Origin: Acidimicrobiia bacterium
Lineage (GTDB): Bacteria; Actinomycetota; Acidimicrobiia; Spongiisociales; SHLN01
Length of the DNA: 49,915 nt
Assembly (NCBI GenBank): GCA_041619515.1
Contig: JBFKDW010000010.1
Coordinates: forward strand, 1 to 49,915
Direction: 5' to 3'
Part shown: piece by piece, positions 25,613-34,308 of the stretch
Numbering within the stretch: position 1 is the first letter of the stretch
Layout of the letters: each line of letters starts with the position of its first letter
Position numbers and translations under genes: made by a program
The notes under the pieces: model-generated
Databases searched by the model: none
Told to the model about the DNA's origin: nothing
What the model saw: only the letters and a program-made list of their open reading frames with translations

Positions 25613-26919
25613 GCATCCAGGGACCGGAGACCACCGAGTGGTTCGACCGTGCGTACGCCGCCATGGTCAACGGCGTGTCGAGCGGGTGGCGCTACTGGGG
25701 GCGAAACGAAACCATCGTCATCAGCCGCGGCGAGGGTGCCCACGTGTTCGACAGCGACGGCAAGCGCTACATCGACTACCACTGCGGTTTTGGGCCGATC
25801 ATTCTGGGCCACGGTGATCCCGAAGTGGGAGCCGCCGTTGCCGAGGCGGCGATGGCCGGCACGACATTCGCCTTCACACAAGAGCGGGAGATCCTCGCCG
25901 CCGAGACGGTCAAGCGGGCCGTTCCGTGGGTGGAGAAGCTCCGCTTCACCAACACCGGCACCGAAGCCACCATGCACGCGGTGCGTCTGGCTCGCGGCTT
26001 CACCGGCCGCGATGTCGTGCTCAAATTCGAGGGCACCTATCACGGCGCCCACGACTACGTCATGTACTCGACGCCCGGTGACGCCACCGATTCGCTCGGC
26101 TCGCCCTACCGCCCCATCCCGGTGGCGATGAGCTCGGGGATGCCCGACCTGATCATGACGCTGATTCGCACCTTGCCGTTCAACGATCTCGACGGGGTCC
26201 GCCGGGTGTTCGCCAACGACGGCAATCGCATCGCCGCGGTGCTGGTGGAACCGATGCTGGGAAACGCGATGGGCATCCAGCCGGCCGAGGGCTTCCTGGC
26301 CGGCCTGCGAGATCTGTGTGACGCCAACGGGGCCGTGCTCATCTTCGACGAGGTCAAGACCGGCTTTCGGACCGCCGTCGGCGGGGCCGCCGAGACCTAC
26401 GGGGTGACTCCCGATCTCGCCACGTTTGCCAAGGCCATGGGCAACGGCGTGCCGGTGGCCGCCGTCGCCGGCCGGGGCCCGGTTCTCGACGGATGGGCCA
26501 GAGGGGGCATCGTCCAGGCCGGCACCTATTCGGGCAACGCCATTTCGGCCGCCGCCGCCTCGGCCACCATCGGCAAGCTCCTGACCGGTGAGCCGATGGC
26601 CCGCATTGAGCGGGTGGGGACTGCTCTCATGGAGGGGACGAGCAAGATCCTGGCCGGCCGCGGCGTGGCACATAGCGTCGAGGGCGTCCCGGCCATGTTC
26701 GGCTTCTACTTTGGTGAAGGGTCGGCCACCGATTACCGGGCGGTGAGCGACCATGACGAGGTCCTGTACGAGAAGCTCGTCATGGGAATGATCGAACGCG
26801 GGGTGATGCCCTCACCAGATGCGCTCGAGCCCTGGTTCCTGTCGGCGGCCCACGACGACGGCGACGTGGCGACCACCCTCGAGGTGTTCGAGGCTTCGCT
26901 GGCCGAGGCGCTCGGGTAG
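25609..26919 (+). CDS. Class-III aminotransferase of the glutamate-1-semialdehyde aminomutase-like branch
   Basis: YIDYHCGFGPIILGH, NTGTEATMHAVRLARGFTGR, FEGTYHG, FDEVKTGFR, FAKAMGNG, AGTYSGN. Confidence 0.88.
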   Translation: MSIQGPETTEWFDRAYAAMVNGVSSGWRYWGRNETIVISRGEGAHVFDSDGKRYIDYHCGFGPIILGHGDPEVGAAVAEAAMAGTTFAFTQEREILAAETVKRAVPWVEKLRFTNTGTEATMHAVRLARGFTGRDVVLKFEGTYHGAHDYVMYSTPGDATDSLGSPYRPIPVAMSSGMPDLIMTLIRTLPFNDLDGVRRVFANDGNRIAAVLVEPMLGNAMGIQPAEGFLAGLRDLCDANGAVLIFDEVKTGFRTAVGGAAETYGVTPDLATFAKAMGNGVPVAAVAGRGPVLDGWARGGIVQAGTYSGNAISAAAASATIGKLLTGEPMARIERVGTALMEGTSKILAGRGVAHSVEGVPAMFGFYFGEGSATDYRAVSDHDEVLYEKLVMGMIERGVMPSPDALEPWFLSAAHDDGDVATTLEVFEASLAEALG

Positions 26920-26921
26920 CC

Positions 26922-27494
26922 ATGCCGATCCAGGTCGATGTCACCCAGCGCCGGGCCGAAGTGGCCGAAGCCACGTTCCGGGTGGCGGCCCGTGGTGGAC
27001 TGGCGGCTGTGACGCTGCGCTCGGTTGCTGCCGAGATGGGCGTCTCCACCACCGCCATCACCAACTACCTTCCCACCCGGGCGGATCTCCTCATCAACGC
27101 CGTCGATCGAATGACCGACGAATGGCTTGCCGAGCTCGAAGCCGCCAGAGCCGCCCGTCCACCGGCCGAAGCCCTGCGGTCGGTCATGCGCGAGGCCGTT
27201 GCCTGGGATCAGGACGAGCTGGTGCGCAGCCAGTTCTGGGTTGCCGTGCTCGCTACTCAGACCCCCCAGATCCGCAGCCAGGTCGGCGAGGTGGAGGACG
27301 CCGTGCGTGAGGTTCTGGCCAAACTCGTCGACGAGTGCGGCCACCCGAACGCGGCGGCCGCCGCCGACCAGCTGTTCCTCTTCGCCCAGGGAGCGTTCGC
27401 TTCCATCGTCGAAGCCCCCGACGGCTGGACGCCCGAGCGATTGCAGGCCGCCGCCGACGTAGCCGTCGATGGGGTGCTGGCTGCGCTCGCGTGA
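26922..27494 (+). CDS. TetR/BetI-like transcriptional regulator
   Basis: RRAEVAEAT..GLAAVTLRSVAAEMGVSTTAITNYLPTR helix-turn-helix. Confidence 0.9.
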   Translation: MPIQVDVTQRRAEVAEATFRVAARGGLAAVTLRSVAAEMGVSTTAITNYLPTRADLLINAVDRMTDEWLAELEAARAARPPAEALRSVMREAVAWDQDELVRSQFWVAVLATQTPQIRSQVGEVEDAVREVLAKLVDECGHPNAAAAADQLFLFAQGAFASIVEAPDGWTPERLQAAADVAVDGVLAALA

Positions 27495-27541
27495 CCGGCC
27501 GCCGCCGCGTGACCGGCCACCGCCGCGTGACCGGCCACCGC
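27488..27541 (+). repeat. 18-bp tandem repeat, three copies
   Basis: CGCGTGACCGGCC(G/A)CCGC at 27488, 27506 and 27524; the first copy contains the TetR stop codon. Confidence 0.92.
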
Positions 27542-27565
27542 AGCGGGACCGTCTGCTGCCCGTCC

Positions 27566-28627
27566 CTACGAACCGAGGGCGTCCACGACCGCGTCACCCA
27601 TTGCGGTGGTACCGACCGATGGCTGCTCCTGGGCGATGTCGGCGGTTCTCACGCCCGCCGCGATCACCGATTCGACCGCCGCCTCCACCGCCGTCGCCTC
27701 GTCGTCGAGGCCGAGCGAATGCCGCAGGGCCATCGCCCCAGCCAGGATCATCGCCAGCGGGTTGGCGATGCCCTTCCCGGCAATATCGGGTGCCGAGCCG
27801 TGGATCGGCTCGTACAGACCGGGTCCCGTCGCACCCAGTGAAGCCGAAGGCAGCATTCCCAGCGATCCGGTGAGCATGGAGGCCTCGTCGGTGAGGATGT
27901 CGCCGAAGAGGTTGGCGGTGACGACGACGTCGAATTCGGTCGGGCGATCCAGCAGATACATCGCCATCGCATCGGCCAGAACTGGTGCATAGTCGAGATC
28001 CGGGTATTCAGCGGCCACCAGATCGGCCGTGACGCGCCGCCACAGGCGGGACGGCTCGAGCACGTTGGCCTTGTCGGCCATCGTCAGCTTTCCCCGGCGG
28101 GAGCGGGCGGCATCGGCTGCTGCCCGCACGATGCGTTCGATCTCTTCCACCGTGTAGTGCATGACCTGGTAGGCGGAGCCGTCGCCGGTGCCCGATTCAC
28201 CGAAATAGATGCCGCTGGTGAGCTCGCGGAAAAAGAGGATGTCGACGCCCTCGACAATCCCGGGCTTGAGCGGCGAGGCGTCGGCCAGTGCGGGAAAGAC
28301 CCGGATGGGACGCAGGTTGGCAAACAGGCCGAGCTCACGCCGGATGGCGAGCAAGCCCTGTTCGGGGCGGGTGGGTGCGGTTGGATCGTCCCACCGGGGT
28401 CCTCCGACGGCCCCGAGGAGGACCGCCTCCGAGTCCCGGCACGCTGCGAGGGTGGCGGCGGGAAGCGGGCTCTCCCCGGCGTCCATGGCGGCGCCGCCGA
28501 TGAGGTGCTCCTCGAAGCCGAAGTCGTGCTGGAAGCGCTTTGCCACCGCTTCGAGCACCCGTGTGGCCTCGGTGGTCACCTCGGGCCCAATGCCGTCGCC
28601 GGCCAGCACAACGAATCGATGCGTCAT
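27566..28627 (-). CDS. leuB: 3-isopropylmalate dehydrogenase
   Basis: [74 protein letters not shown]. Confidence 0.96.
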   Translation of the reverse strand: MTHRFVVLAGDGIGPEVTTEATRVLEAVAKRFQHDFGFEEHLIGGAAMDAGESPLPAATLAACRDSEAVLLGAVGGPRWDDPTAPTRPEQGLLAIRRELGLFANLRPIRVFPALADASPLKPGIVEGVDILFFRELTSGIYFGESGTGDGSAYQVMHYTVEEIERIVRAAADAARSRRGKLTMADKANVLEPSRLWRRVTADLVAAEYPDLDYAPVLADAMAMYLLDRPTEFDVVVTANLFGDILTDEASMLTGSLGMLPSASLGATGPGLYEPIHGSAPDIAGKGIANPLAMILAGAMALRHSLGLDDEATAVEAAVESVIAAGVRTADIAQEQPSVGTTAMGDAVVDALGS

Positions 28628-28723
28628 GGGGGCAGGTTACCGATTGGGCCGGCATTGCCCGCTCTGTCAGACTCCGGATGTCACGTTGCCCGCGACCCCG
28701 CCCAGGCCGGAGAATGCCCACAG

Positions 28724-29182
28724 ATGGCGACACGAAAACCGAAACCGCGGCCACTCGTCGGGTGGCGAGAATGGGTGGTAGTGCCCGAGCTGTCACCGGT
28801 GGCAATCAAAGCCAAGATCGACACGGGAGCGCGCACCTCGACCTTGCACGCCTTCAACCTGTCGGTCACCGAGCGGGACGGGACGCCGTGGGCGGAGTTC
28901 GAGGTGCACCCGAAACAGCGCTCGCGGGATCGCAGCTCGGAAGTGTCGTGCCAAGTTGTCTCGTTCAAGCGGGTACGATCGTCCACCGGTCACTCGCAGA
29001 GGAGGCCGGTCATCAGGAGCACCATGCGCATCGGTGAGCATGAATACGAGATAGACCTGACCCTGACCTCTCGCGACGAGATGGGGTTTCGCATGCTGCT
29101 GGGCCGCTCGGCGGTACGCCGGCGATTCTGGGTCGACCCCGGCGTCTCGTATCTCCACGCCAAGCCCGGGGCGAGCGCGTGA
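28724..29182 (+). CDS. RimK-associated retropepsin-like protease (RimB-like)
   Basis: VGWREWV, KAKIDTGARTSTLHA, VRSSTG...RPVI, MGFRMLLGR. Confidence 0.88.
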   Translation: MATRKPKPRPLVGWREWVVVPELSPVAIKAKIDTGARTSTLHAFNLSVTERDGTPWAEFEVHPKQRSRDRSSEVSCQVVSFKRVRSSTGHSQRRPVIRSTMRIGEHEYEIDLTLTSRDEMGFRMLLGRSAVRRRFWVDPGVSYLHAKPGASA

Positions 29183-30408
29183 AGCTCGCCATTCTGTCGC
29201 GCTCGCCGAGCGCCTACAGCACCCAGCGGCTCAAGACCGCCGCCCTCGAGCGGGGCCACGAGGCACGAGTGTTGAACACGCTCCGGTTCGCCATCGATCT
29301 GGCGGGCGAAGCGCCCGACCTCCAGTACCGCGGCAAGCAGCTCTCTCACTACGACGCGGTGCTGCCGCGCATCGGGGCCTCGATCACCTTCTTCGGCATT
29401 GCCGTTGTGCGCCAGTTCGAGCAAATGGACGTGTACACGCCCAACACGGCCAACGGGATCGCCAACTCCCGCGACAAGCTCCGCGCCATCCAGATCCTCT
29501 CGCGCCACGACATCGGGATACCCGCCACGACCTTCGTCCGGGACCGCGCCGACGTGCTCCCAGCGGTCGAGCGTGTCGGCGGCGCCCCGGTTGTGATCAA
29601 GCTCCTCGAAGGGACCCAGGGGATCGGGGTCATCCTTGCCCCGGACATCAAAGTGGCCGAAGCCGTGATCGAAACCCTCCAGAGCACCAGGCAGAACGTC
29701 CTGATTCAACGCTTCATTGCCGAGAGCAAGGGCCGGGACATTCGCGCCCTGGTCGTCGGTGACCGGGTGGTGGCCGCCATGCGCCGGAGAGCGCAGGGCG
29801 ACGAGTTCCGATCCAACCTCCACCGGGGAGGCACGAGTGAGATCATCGAGCTGGACCCCGAGTACGAGCGGGTTGCCGTCCAGTCCGCCCAGATCATGGG
29901 CCTGCGGGTGGCAGGCGTCGACATGCTCGAAGCCGCCGATGGCCCGCTCGTGCTGGAGGTCAACTCGTCGCCCGGCCTTGAGGGAATCGAAGGCGCCACC
30001 GGCCTCGATGTCGCCGGTGCCATCGTCGATTACATACAGACGCAGGTCGGCTTTCCCGAACTGGATGTTCGCCAGCGCCTGACGGTGAGCACCGGCTACG
30101 GCGTTGCCGAGCTCGTCGTGCACCAGGGCTCGAATCTGGTCGGGCAGGCGATCAGCGAGTCGGGGCTGCGAGCCAAGGACATCACCGTCCTCACGCTCAC
30201 TCGCGGCACGACCGTGATACCCAATCCGCGTGTGGAACGCGTGCTCGAGCCGGAGGACCGCCTGTTGTGCTTCGGCAGGCTCGAATCGATGCGCGATCTC
30301 GTGCCCGCCCGCCGGCAGCGCCGGGCCCGGCCGAAGATTCAGCCTCTGCCGGGGATCGAGGTCCGCGAGCCGGCCGATCCGGCGGCCCCCGGACACGGAT
30401 CCGGCTGA
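29179..30408 (+). CDS. rimK: RimK family ATP-grasp glutamate ligase with C-terminal TrkA-C (RCK_C) domain
   Basis: YSTQRL, PRIGASITFFG, SRDKLR, KLLEGTQGIGV, FRSNLHRGG, EVNSSPGLEGIE; tail GSNLVGQAISESGLRAKDITVLTLTRGTTVIPNP..LEPEDRL. Confidence 0.92.
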   Translation: MKLAILSRSPSAYSTQRLKTAALERGHEARVLNTLRFAIDLAGEAPDLQYRGKQLSHYDAVLPRIGASITFFGIAVVRQFEQMDVYTPNTANGIANSRDKLRAIQILSRHDIGIPATTFVRDRADVLPAVERVGGAPVVIKLLEGTQGIGVILAPDIKVAEAVIETLQSTRQNVLIQRFIAESKGRDIRALVVGDRVVAAMRRRAQGDEFRSNLHRGGTSEIIELDPEYERVAVQSAQIMGLRVAGVDMLEAADGPLVLEVNSSPGLEGIEGATGLDVAGAIVDYIQTQVGFPELDVRQRLTVSTGYGVAELVVHQGSNLVGQAISESGLRAKDITVLTLTRGTTVIPNPRVERVLEPEDRLLCFGRLESMRDLVPARRQRRARPKIQPLPGIEVREPADPAAPGHGSG

Positions 30409-31361
30409 TGGCGGTGCGCCGGTTGCCGTTCTCCATTGCCGGCGAGTCGGTGAAGGCGGGCAGCAAAGCCAAGTTCGAGCTCCCGATAGCCCGGCTCATG
30501 TCCGGCACGCCCGTCGCCCTGCCGCTGCTCGTCTACCACGGCCGCAGCGAAGGGCCCACGATGTGGCTGAGTGCCGCCGTCCACGGAGACGAGCTATGCG
30601 GTGTCGAGATCATCCGCCGGGTTCTCGAAGATCTCGACCCCAAGACAATGGCGGGGACGGTCATCGCGGTGCCGGTGGTGAACGTCCACGGGTTCAACAA
30701 CGGTGATCGGTACCTGCCCGACCGGCGCGATCTCAACCGATCCTTCCCGGGCTCGGAGCGAGGCTCGCTGGCGAGCCGCATCGCCAACCTGCTGATGACC
30801 GAAGTGGTCGGCCGCTGCAGTGTCGGGATCGACCTCCATACCGGTTCGGATCATCGGATCAACCTCCCACAGATCCGGGCAGACCTCGACGACCCGCAGA
30901 CCCTCGAGCTGGCCAGGACCTTCGCAGCTCCCGTTGCCATCCACTCCCGAACGCGCGACGGGTCACTGCGGGAGGCGGCCACCGAGGCGGGAGCCACCGT
31001 CCTCCTGTACGAGGGCGGCGAAGCGCTGCGCTTCGATTCCGTCGCGATCGCGGCCGGGCGCGACGGCATCCTGAGGATCCTGTCGAAGCTGGAGATGATC
31101 CCGCAGGCCCCGCCTCCCTCCTCGGACGTGCGCGAGTCGCGCAAGAGCCGCTGGATGCGCGCTCCCAAGAGCGGTCTCATCCAGCTGGACGCAGCGCTCG
31201 GGTCGCTCGTTGATTCCGGTGAGACGATTGCCTCCATCCGCGATCCGTTCGGCAAGCGGCTCGGGCGGGTGATCGCCCGCCAAGCCGGCCTCGTCATCGG
31301 CCACACCCAGCACCCGCTGGTCAATCAAGGGGACGCCGTGGCCCACCTGGCCGAGATCTGA
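30408..31361 (+). CDS. Succinylglutamate desuccinylase/aspartoacylase (M14) family protein
   Basis: AVHGDELCG, RYLPDRRDLNRSFPG, IDLHTG, LYEGGE, C-terminal biotinyl-like fold. Confidence 0.9.
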   Translation: MAVRRLPFSIAGESVKAGSKAKFELPIARLMSGTPVALPLLVYHGRSEGPTMWLSAAVHGDELCGVEIIRRVLEDLDPKTMAGTVIAVPVVNVHGFNNGDRYLPDRRDLNRSFPGSERGSLASRIANLLMTEVVGRCSVGIDLHTGSDHRINLPQIRADLDDPQTLELARTFAAPVAIHSRTRDGSLREAATEAGATVLLYEGGEALRFDSVAIAAGRDGILRILSKLEMIPQAPPPSSDVRESRKSRWMRAPKSGLIQLDAALGSLVDSGETIASIRDPFGKRLGRVIARQAGLVIGHTQHPLVNQGDAVAHLAEI

Positions 31362-31365
31362 GGCT

Positions 31366-31617
31366 CTAGGCGGTCCATCCCAGCAGCCGGTCACCCAGCT
31401 GGACGATCACCACCCACACGCCCAGTGCCGTGACCGCCACCACCGGCGTCCAGGCCCGGCGTCGGTCAAAGACCCGTGCCAGTGCCACCCACCCCGCCAT
31501 CCAAATCCCCCACATCCCGAATACCGCCGGATACGGCACGACCAATCCGCTCGCCACGTAGAGGAAACCGACCATCGCATAGAGAATGATCCCGATCACC
31601 CCGAGCGCCGAGGACAC
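31366..31617 (-). CDS. Small hydrophobic membrane protein (about 3 TM)
   Basis: 83 aa, strongly hydrophobic, starts 2 nt after the speB stop. Confidence 0.7.
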   Translation of the reverse strand: MSSALGVIGIILYAMVGFLYVASGLVVPYPAVFGMWGIWMAGWVALARVFDRRRAWTPVVAVTALGVWVVIVQLGDRLLGWTA

Positions 31618-31619
31618 CC

Positions 31620-32597
31620 CTACCCGTCCGCCCGGCGCCGCTCGGCCATCCCGTTGAGCACTTCCAACACCAGGCGGTTGGCCAGAAAAGCGGTGATCTC
31701 ACCGGGGCCGTCGTACGGGGGCGAGACCTCGACGATGTCGGCCCCCACCACCGGCAGATCGCGTGCCAGTCGGCGCAACGTGTCGAGCAACTGTCGAGAG
31801 GTGAGGCCGCCCGGCTCGGGGGTGCCGGTGGCGGGAGCCATGCCGGGGTCGACCACGTCGATGTCGACCGACAGGAACACCGCGTCCGCCCCATCGGCGG
31901 CGTAGGCAACGGCCTCGTCGACCACCGCCCCCAGCCCCCGCTCTTCGATGTCCGACATGAGGTAGCTGCGCATGCCCTGCTCCGCCATCCACTCGACCAC
32001 CGGAGGATCGGGCCAATAGCCGCGCAAACCAATCTGGACGAACCGATGGCCGGCAACCGCTCCGGACTCGATGAGCCGGCGCATGGGTGTCCCGTGCCCG
32101 AGCAGGGCGCCGGGCAGGTTGGTCTCGGCCGTGTCGGCGTGGGCGTCGAAATGAATGAGTGCGATATCACCGTGGACGGCCGCCACCGCCCGGGCATTCG
32201 GGAAGGTGATCGAATGGTCGCCGCCGAGGACGACGGGAACCGCCCCGTGGCGGGCGATTCGTTCCACTGCATCGGCGATGAGGTCGAGCGACTCCTCGAT
32301 GTATCCCACCGGCAGCAGCAGATCGCCGCAGTCCACCACCTTGAGCGTCGACAGCGGATCGATTCCGGTCGGCAGGTGGGGGCGATAGCCGTCGAACCCG
32401 AGATAGTCGGCTTCCCGGATTGCCTTGGGACCGAAGCGAGCTCCCGGCCGGTGGGTGGTTCCCCAGTCGAACGGAGCGCCGAGGATGACGACGCCCGCGT
32501 CTCCCAAGTCGTCGAGTGGCCGGGCGGGGACGCCGGAGAACGAGGCGCGGGAAGCAAAGGCCGAGACCCGGGCCGACTCGAACGGATCGGCGCTCAC
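31620..32597 (-). CDS. speB: Agmatinase (ureohydrolase family)
   Basis: GAPFDWGTTHRPGARFGP, GGDHS, DAHAD, HGTP, SVDIDVVDP..APATGTPEPGG, VEVSPPYD. Confidence 0.9.
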   Translation of the reverse strand: MSADPFESARVSAFASRASFSGVPARPLDDLGDAGVVILGAPFDWGTTHRPGARFGPKAIREADYLGFDGYRPHLPTGIDPLSTLKVVDCGDLLLPVGYIEESLDLIADAVERIARHGAVPVVLGGDHSITFPNARAVAAVHGDIALIHFDAHADTAETNLPGALLGHGTPMRRLIESGAVAGHRFVQIGLRGYWPDPPVVEWMAEQGMRSYLMSDIEERGLGAVVDEAVAYAADGADAVFLSVDIDVVDPGMAPATGTPEPGGLTSRQLLDTLRRLARDLPVVGADIVEVSPPYDGPGEITAFLANRLVLEVLNGMAERRRADG

Positions 32598-33226
32598 GAG
32601 TCGGCGCCGTATTCGGGGTTATCCCACACGATGAGCGCCGACCAGCTGTCGGTTGCCTCGTCCGAGATGTAGTTCTCGAGCGCGTCCAGCAGCCGGAATC
32701 CGTTCTGCTTCTGGAACGTGAGGGTCGGGTCGTAGAGCTCGCCGGCGTCGACTTTGCGAATGTAGTCGGCGGCCGACAGCTCGTGCTTGTGATCTGCGAA
32801 GCCGGGCATGTAGCCGCCGGCGATGATCCCCTTGCGGTTGAACCGCACGACCAGGTCCTTGCGCAGCTCGTAGAGGCGCCTGCCGATGCCGCGGCGCCGG
32901 TACTCCGGGTCGACGACGATGTCGGTGCCGTAGTACCACTCGCCGGCGGGATCGTGATTCCCGCATTGATGCTCGCCGGTTACTTCGGTGATCGAATGCT
33001 GGGGATGATCGAAGTCGAAGTCGAGGAAGATACCCGCTCCCTGGCCCACCACCCGGTCGCCGTCGAGACAGACGAAGAATCCCTCGGGAAAGGTGTCGGC
33101 GTAGGCGCGGATGTCGGCTTCCGAGAGCAGATCCGTCGGATCGGCATGCGGGAAAGCTCGCAACTCGAGCGCCGCACACTGCGGTGCCAGCTCGGCGGTG
33201 AGATTTTCGTACCGCAGCTCGCTCAT
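32594..33226 (-). CDS. GNAT family N-acetyltransferase (YkwB-like)
   Basis: FPEGFFV, HDPAGEWYYGTDIVVDPEYRRRGIGRRLY, YIRKVDAGELYDPTLTFQ..NGF. Confidence 0.88.
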   Translation of the reverse strand: MSELRYENLTAELAPQCAALELRAFPHADPTDLLSEADIRAYADTFPEGFFVCLDGDRVVGQGAGIFLDFDFDHPQHSITEVTGEHQCGNHDPAGEWYYGTDIVVDPEYRRRGIGRRLYELRKDLVVRFNRKGIIAGGYMPGFADHKHELSAADYIRKVDAGELYDPTLTFQKQNGFRLLDALENYISDEATDSWSALIVWDNPEYGADS

Positions 33227-34308
33227 GCGTTGAGATCGCTTCGTTGCTCGAGCCGGAAGTGCTCGAACTCGTTTTCCGACGGCACGCCCCAGCATGCCCA
33301 GAAGTCCCCGGTAGCGGGCCGCAGGATGGTTGCACCCGAGCTCTCGTAATCGAAAGGGGGCTCGGGCCGGCGGCAGATGGCACGCTCGTCTCGTGTCAGA
33401 TTCATGAGGGCTTCGACCGTCACCGGGGTCTGCGCCAGATGCTCGGGCGCCTGCTGCAGCCGCTGCTCGGAGGACAGCTGCAGCGCCGCGGGCCGCTCAC
33501 CCTCCACCGCCCGGGTGGCCGGAAACAGGCAATGATTGGTGTGCACGAGCGGGCTCCGGTCGAGCTCGGCTATGTGTTGTGCGGTCGGGGTTGCCTCGAT
33601 CGAGACCCCGTTCCCCTGCCTGTCCAAGATCAAGAAGTTGTGGCCGCCGGCCAGTGGAGCATCGAGCACGCTGTCCACGGCCGCCCGGAACGAGGTTTGT
33701 GCCAGGACCTTGCGCACCACGAAGGGCCAGGTCACGCCCACCGCACCGTCGTCGACCGTGAGGTTGTTGATCCCGATGGATATGCCTGCCTCGTTCATGC
33801 CGATCTGGCCGAGCGTTCCCACCGTGGTGAAGACCAGCGACCGGGGAGCGTCTTCGGGAGAAAGACCGAGCATGACCACGTGGTCGGTGGCAGACGCGTG
33901 CATGTCCCAGGTCTGCGCCAGGTAGCCGGCTCCGTCCGCGAGGTGATCGGGGACGATGACGGCGGTACAGGTGTCCTCGACTGCAGTGCCGCCAGCTTCC
34001 GCCCGGACGGTATCGATGAAGTCGGTGTACCCGCCGACCACCACCGCCTCGGCCGGGGTGATGCCGGCGGCGGCGGCCATGGCGAGCATCTCCTCGTAGA
34101 GACCCGAGTCGTAGGCCTCATGAGCGGGGAGCATGCGAGCGGCGAGCTCCAGGATGCGATCGCGGTTCCAGTCGGTGCCGGCGGCGGCCAGGCGAGCGCG
34201 CTCGGCGGCGTAGCCACGGATGGCCTGCCCGAAGGCCGCACCGTGTGATCGGCCGAGATCGGCGGCGGAGCCGTCGATCCACAGCACCCGGATGGGGTCG
34301 CGCATCAT
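33223..34308 (-). CDS. C45 family Ntn hydrolase/acyltransferase
   Basis: Autoprocessing site DTCT, AQTWD, IGMNEAG, INNL, HTNH. Confidence 0.87.
   Translation of the reverse strand: MMRDPIRVLWIDGSAADLGRSHGAAFGQAIRGYAAERARLAAAGTDWNRDRILELAARMLPAHEAYDSGLYEEMLAMAAAAGITPAEAVVVGGYTDFIDTVRAEAGGTAVEDTCTAVIVPDHLADGAGYLAQTWDMHASATDHVVMLGLSPEDAPRSLVFTTVGTLGQIGMNEAGISIGINNLTVDDGAVGVTWPFVVRKVLAQTSFRAAVDSVLDAPLAGGHNFLILDRQGNGVSIEATPTAQHIAELDRSPLVHTNHCLFPATRAVEGERPAALQLSSEQRLQQAPEHLAQTPVTVEALMNLTRDERAICRRPEPPFDYESSGATILRPATGDFWACWGVPSENEFEHFRLEQRSDLNA

Noticed and set aside
25609..26919. Housekeeping hemL
   Set aside because: GSA-like, but it sits in an amine-oxidase operon with no hem genes and has FAKAMGNG rather than the usual GKIIGGG; left without a symbol.
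27488..27541. CRISPR array
   Set aside because: The repeats are directly tandem with no spacers, only 18 bp long, and there are no cas genes.
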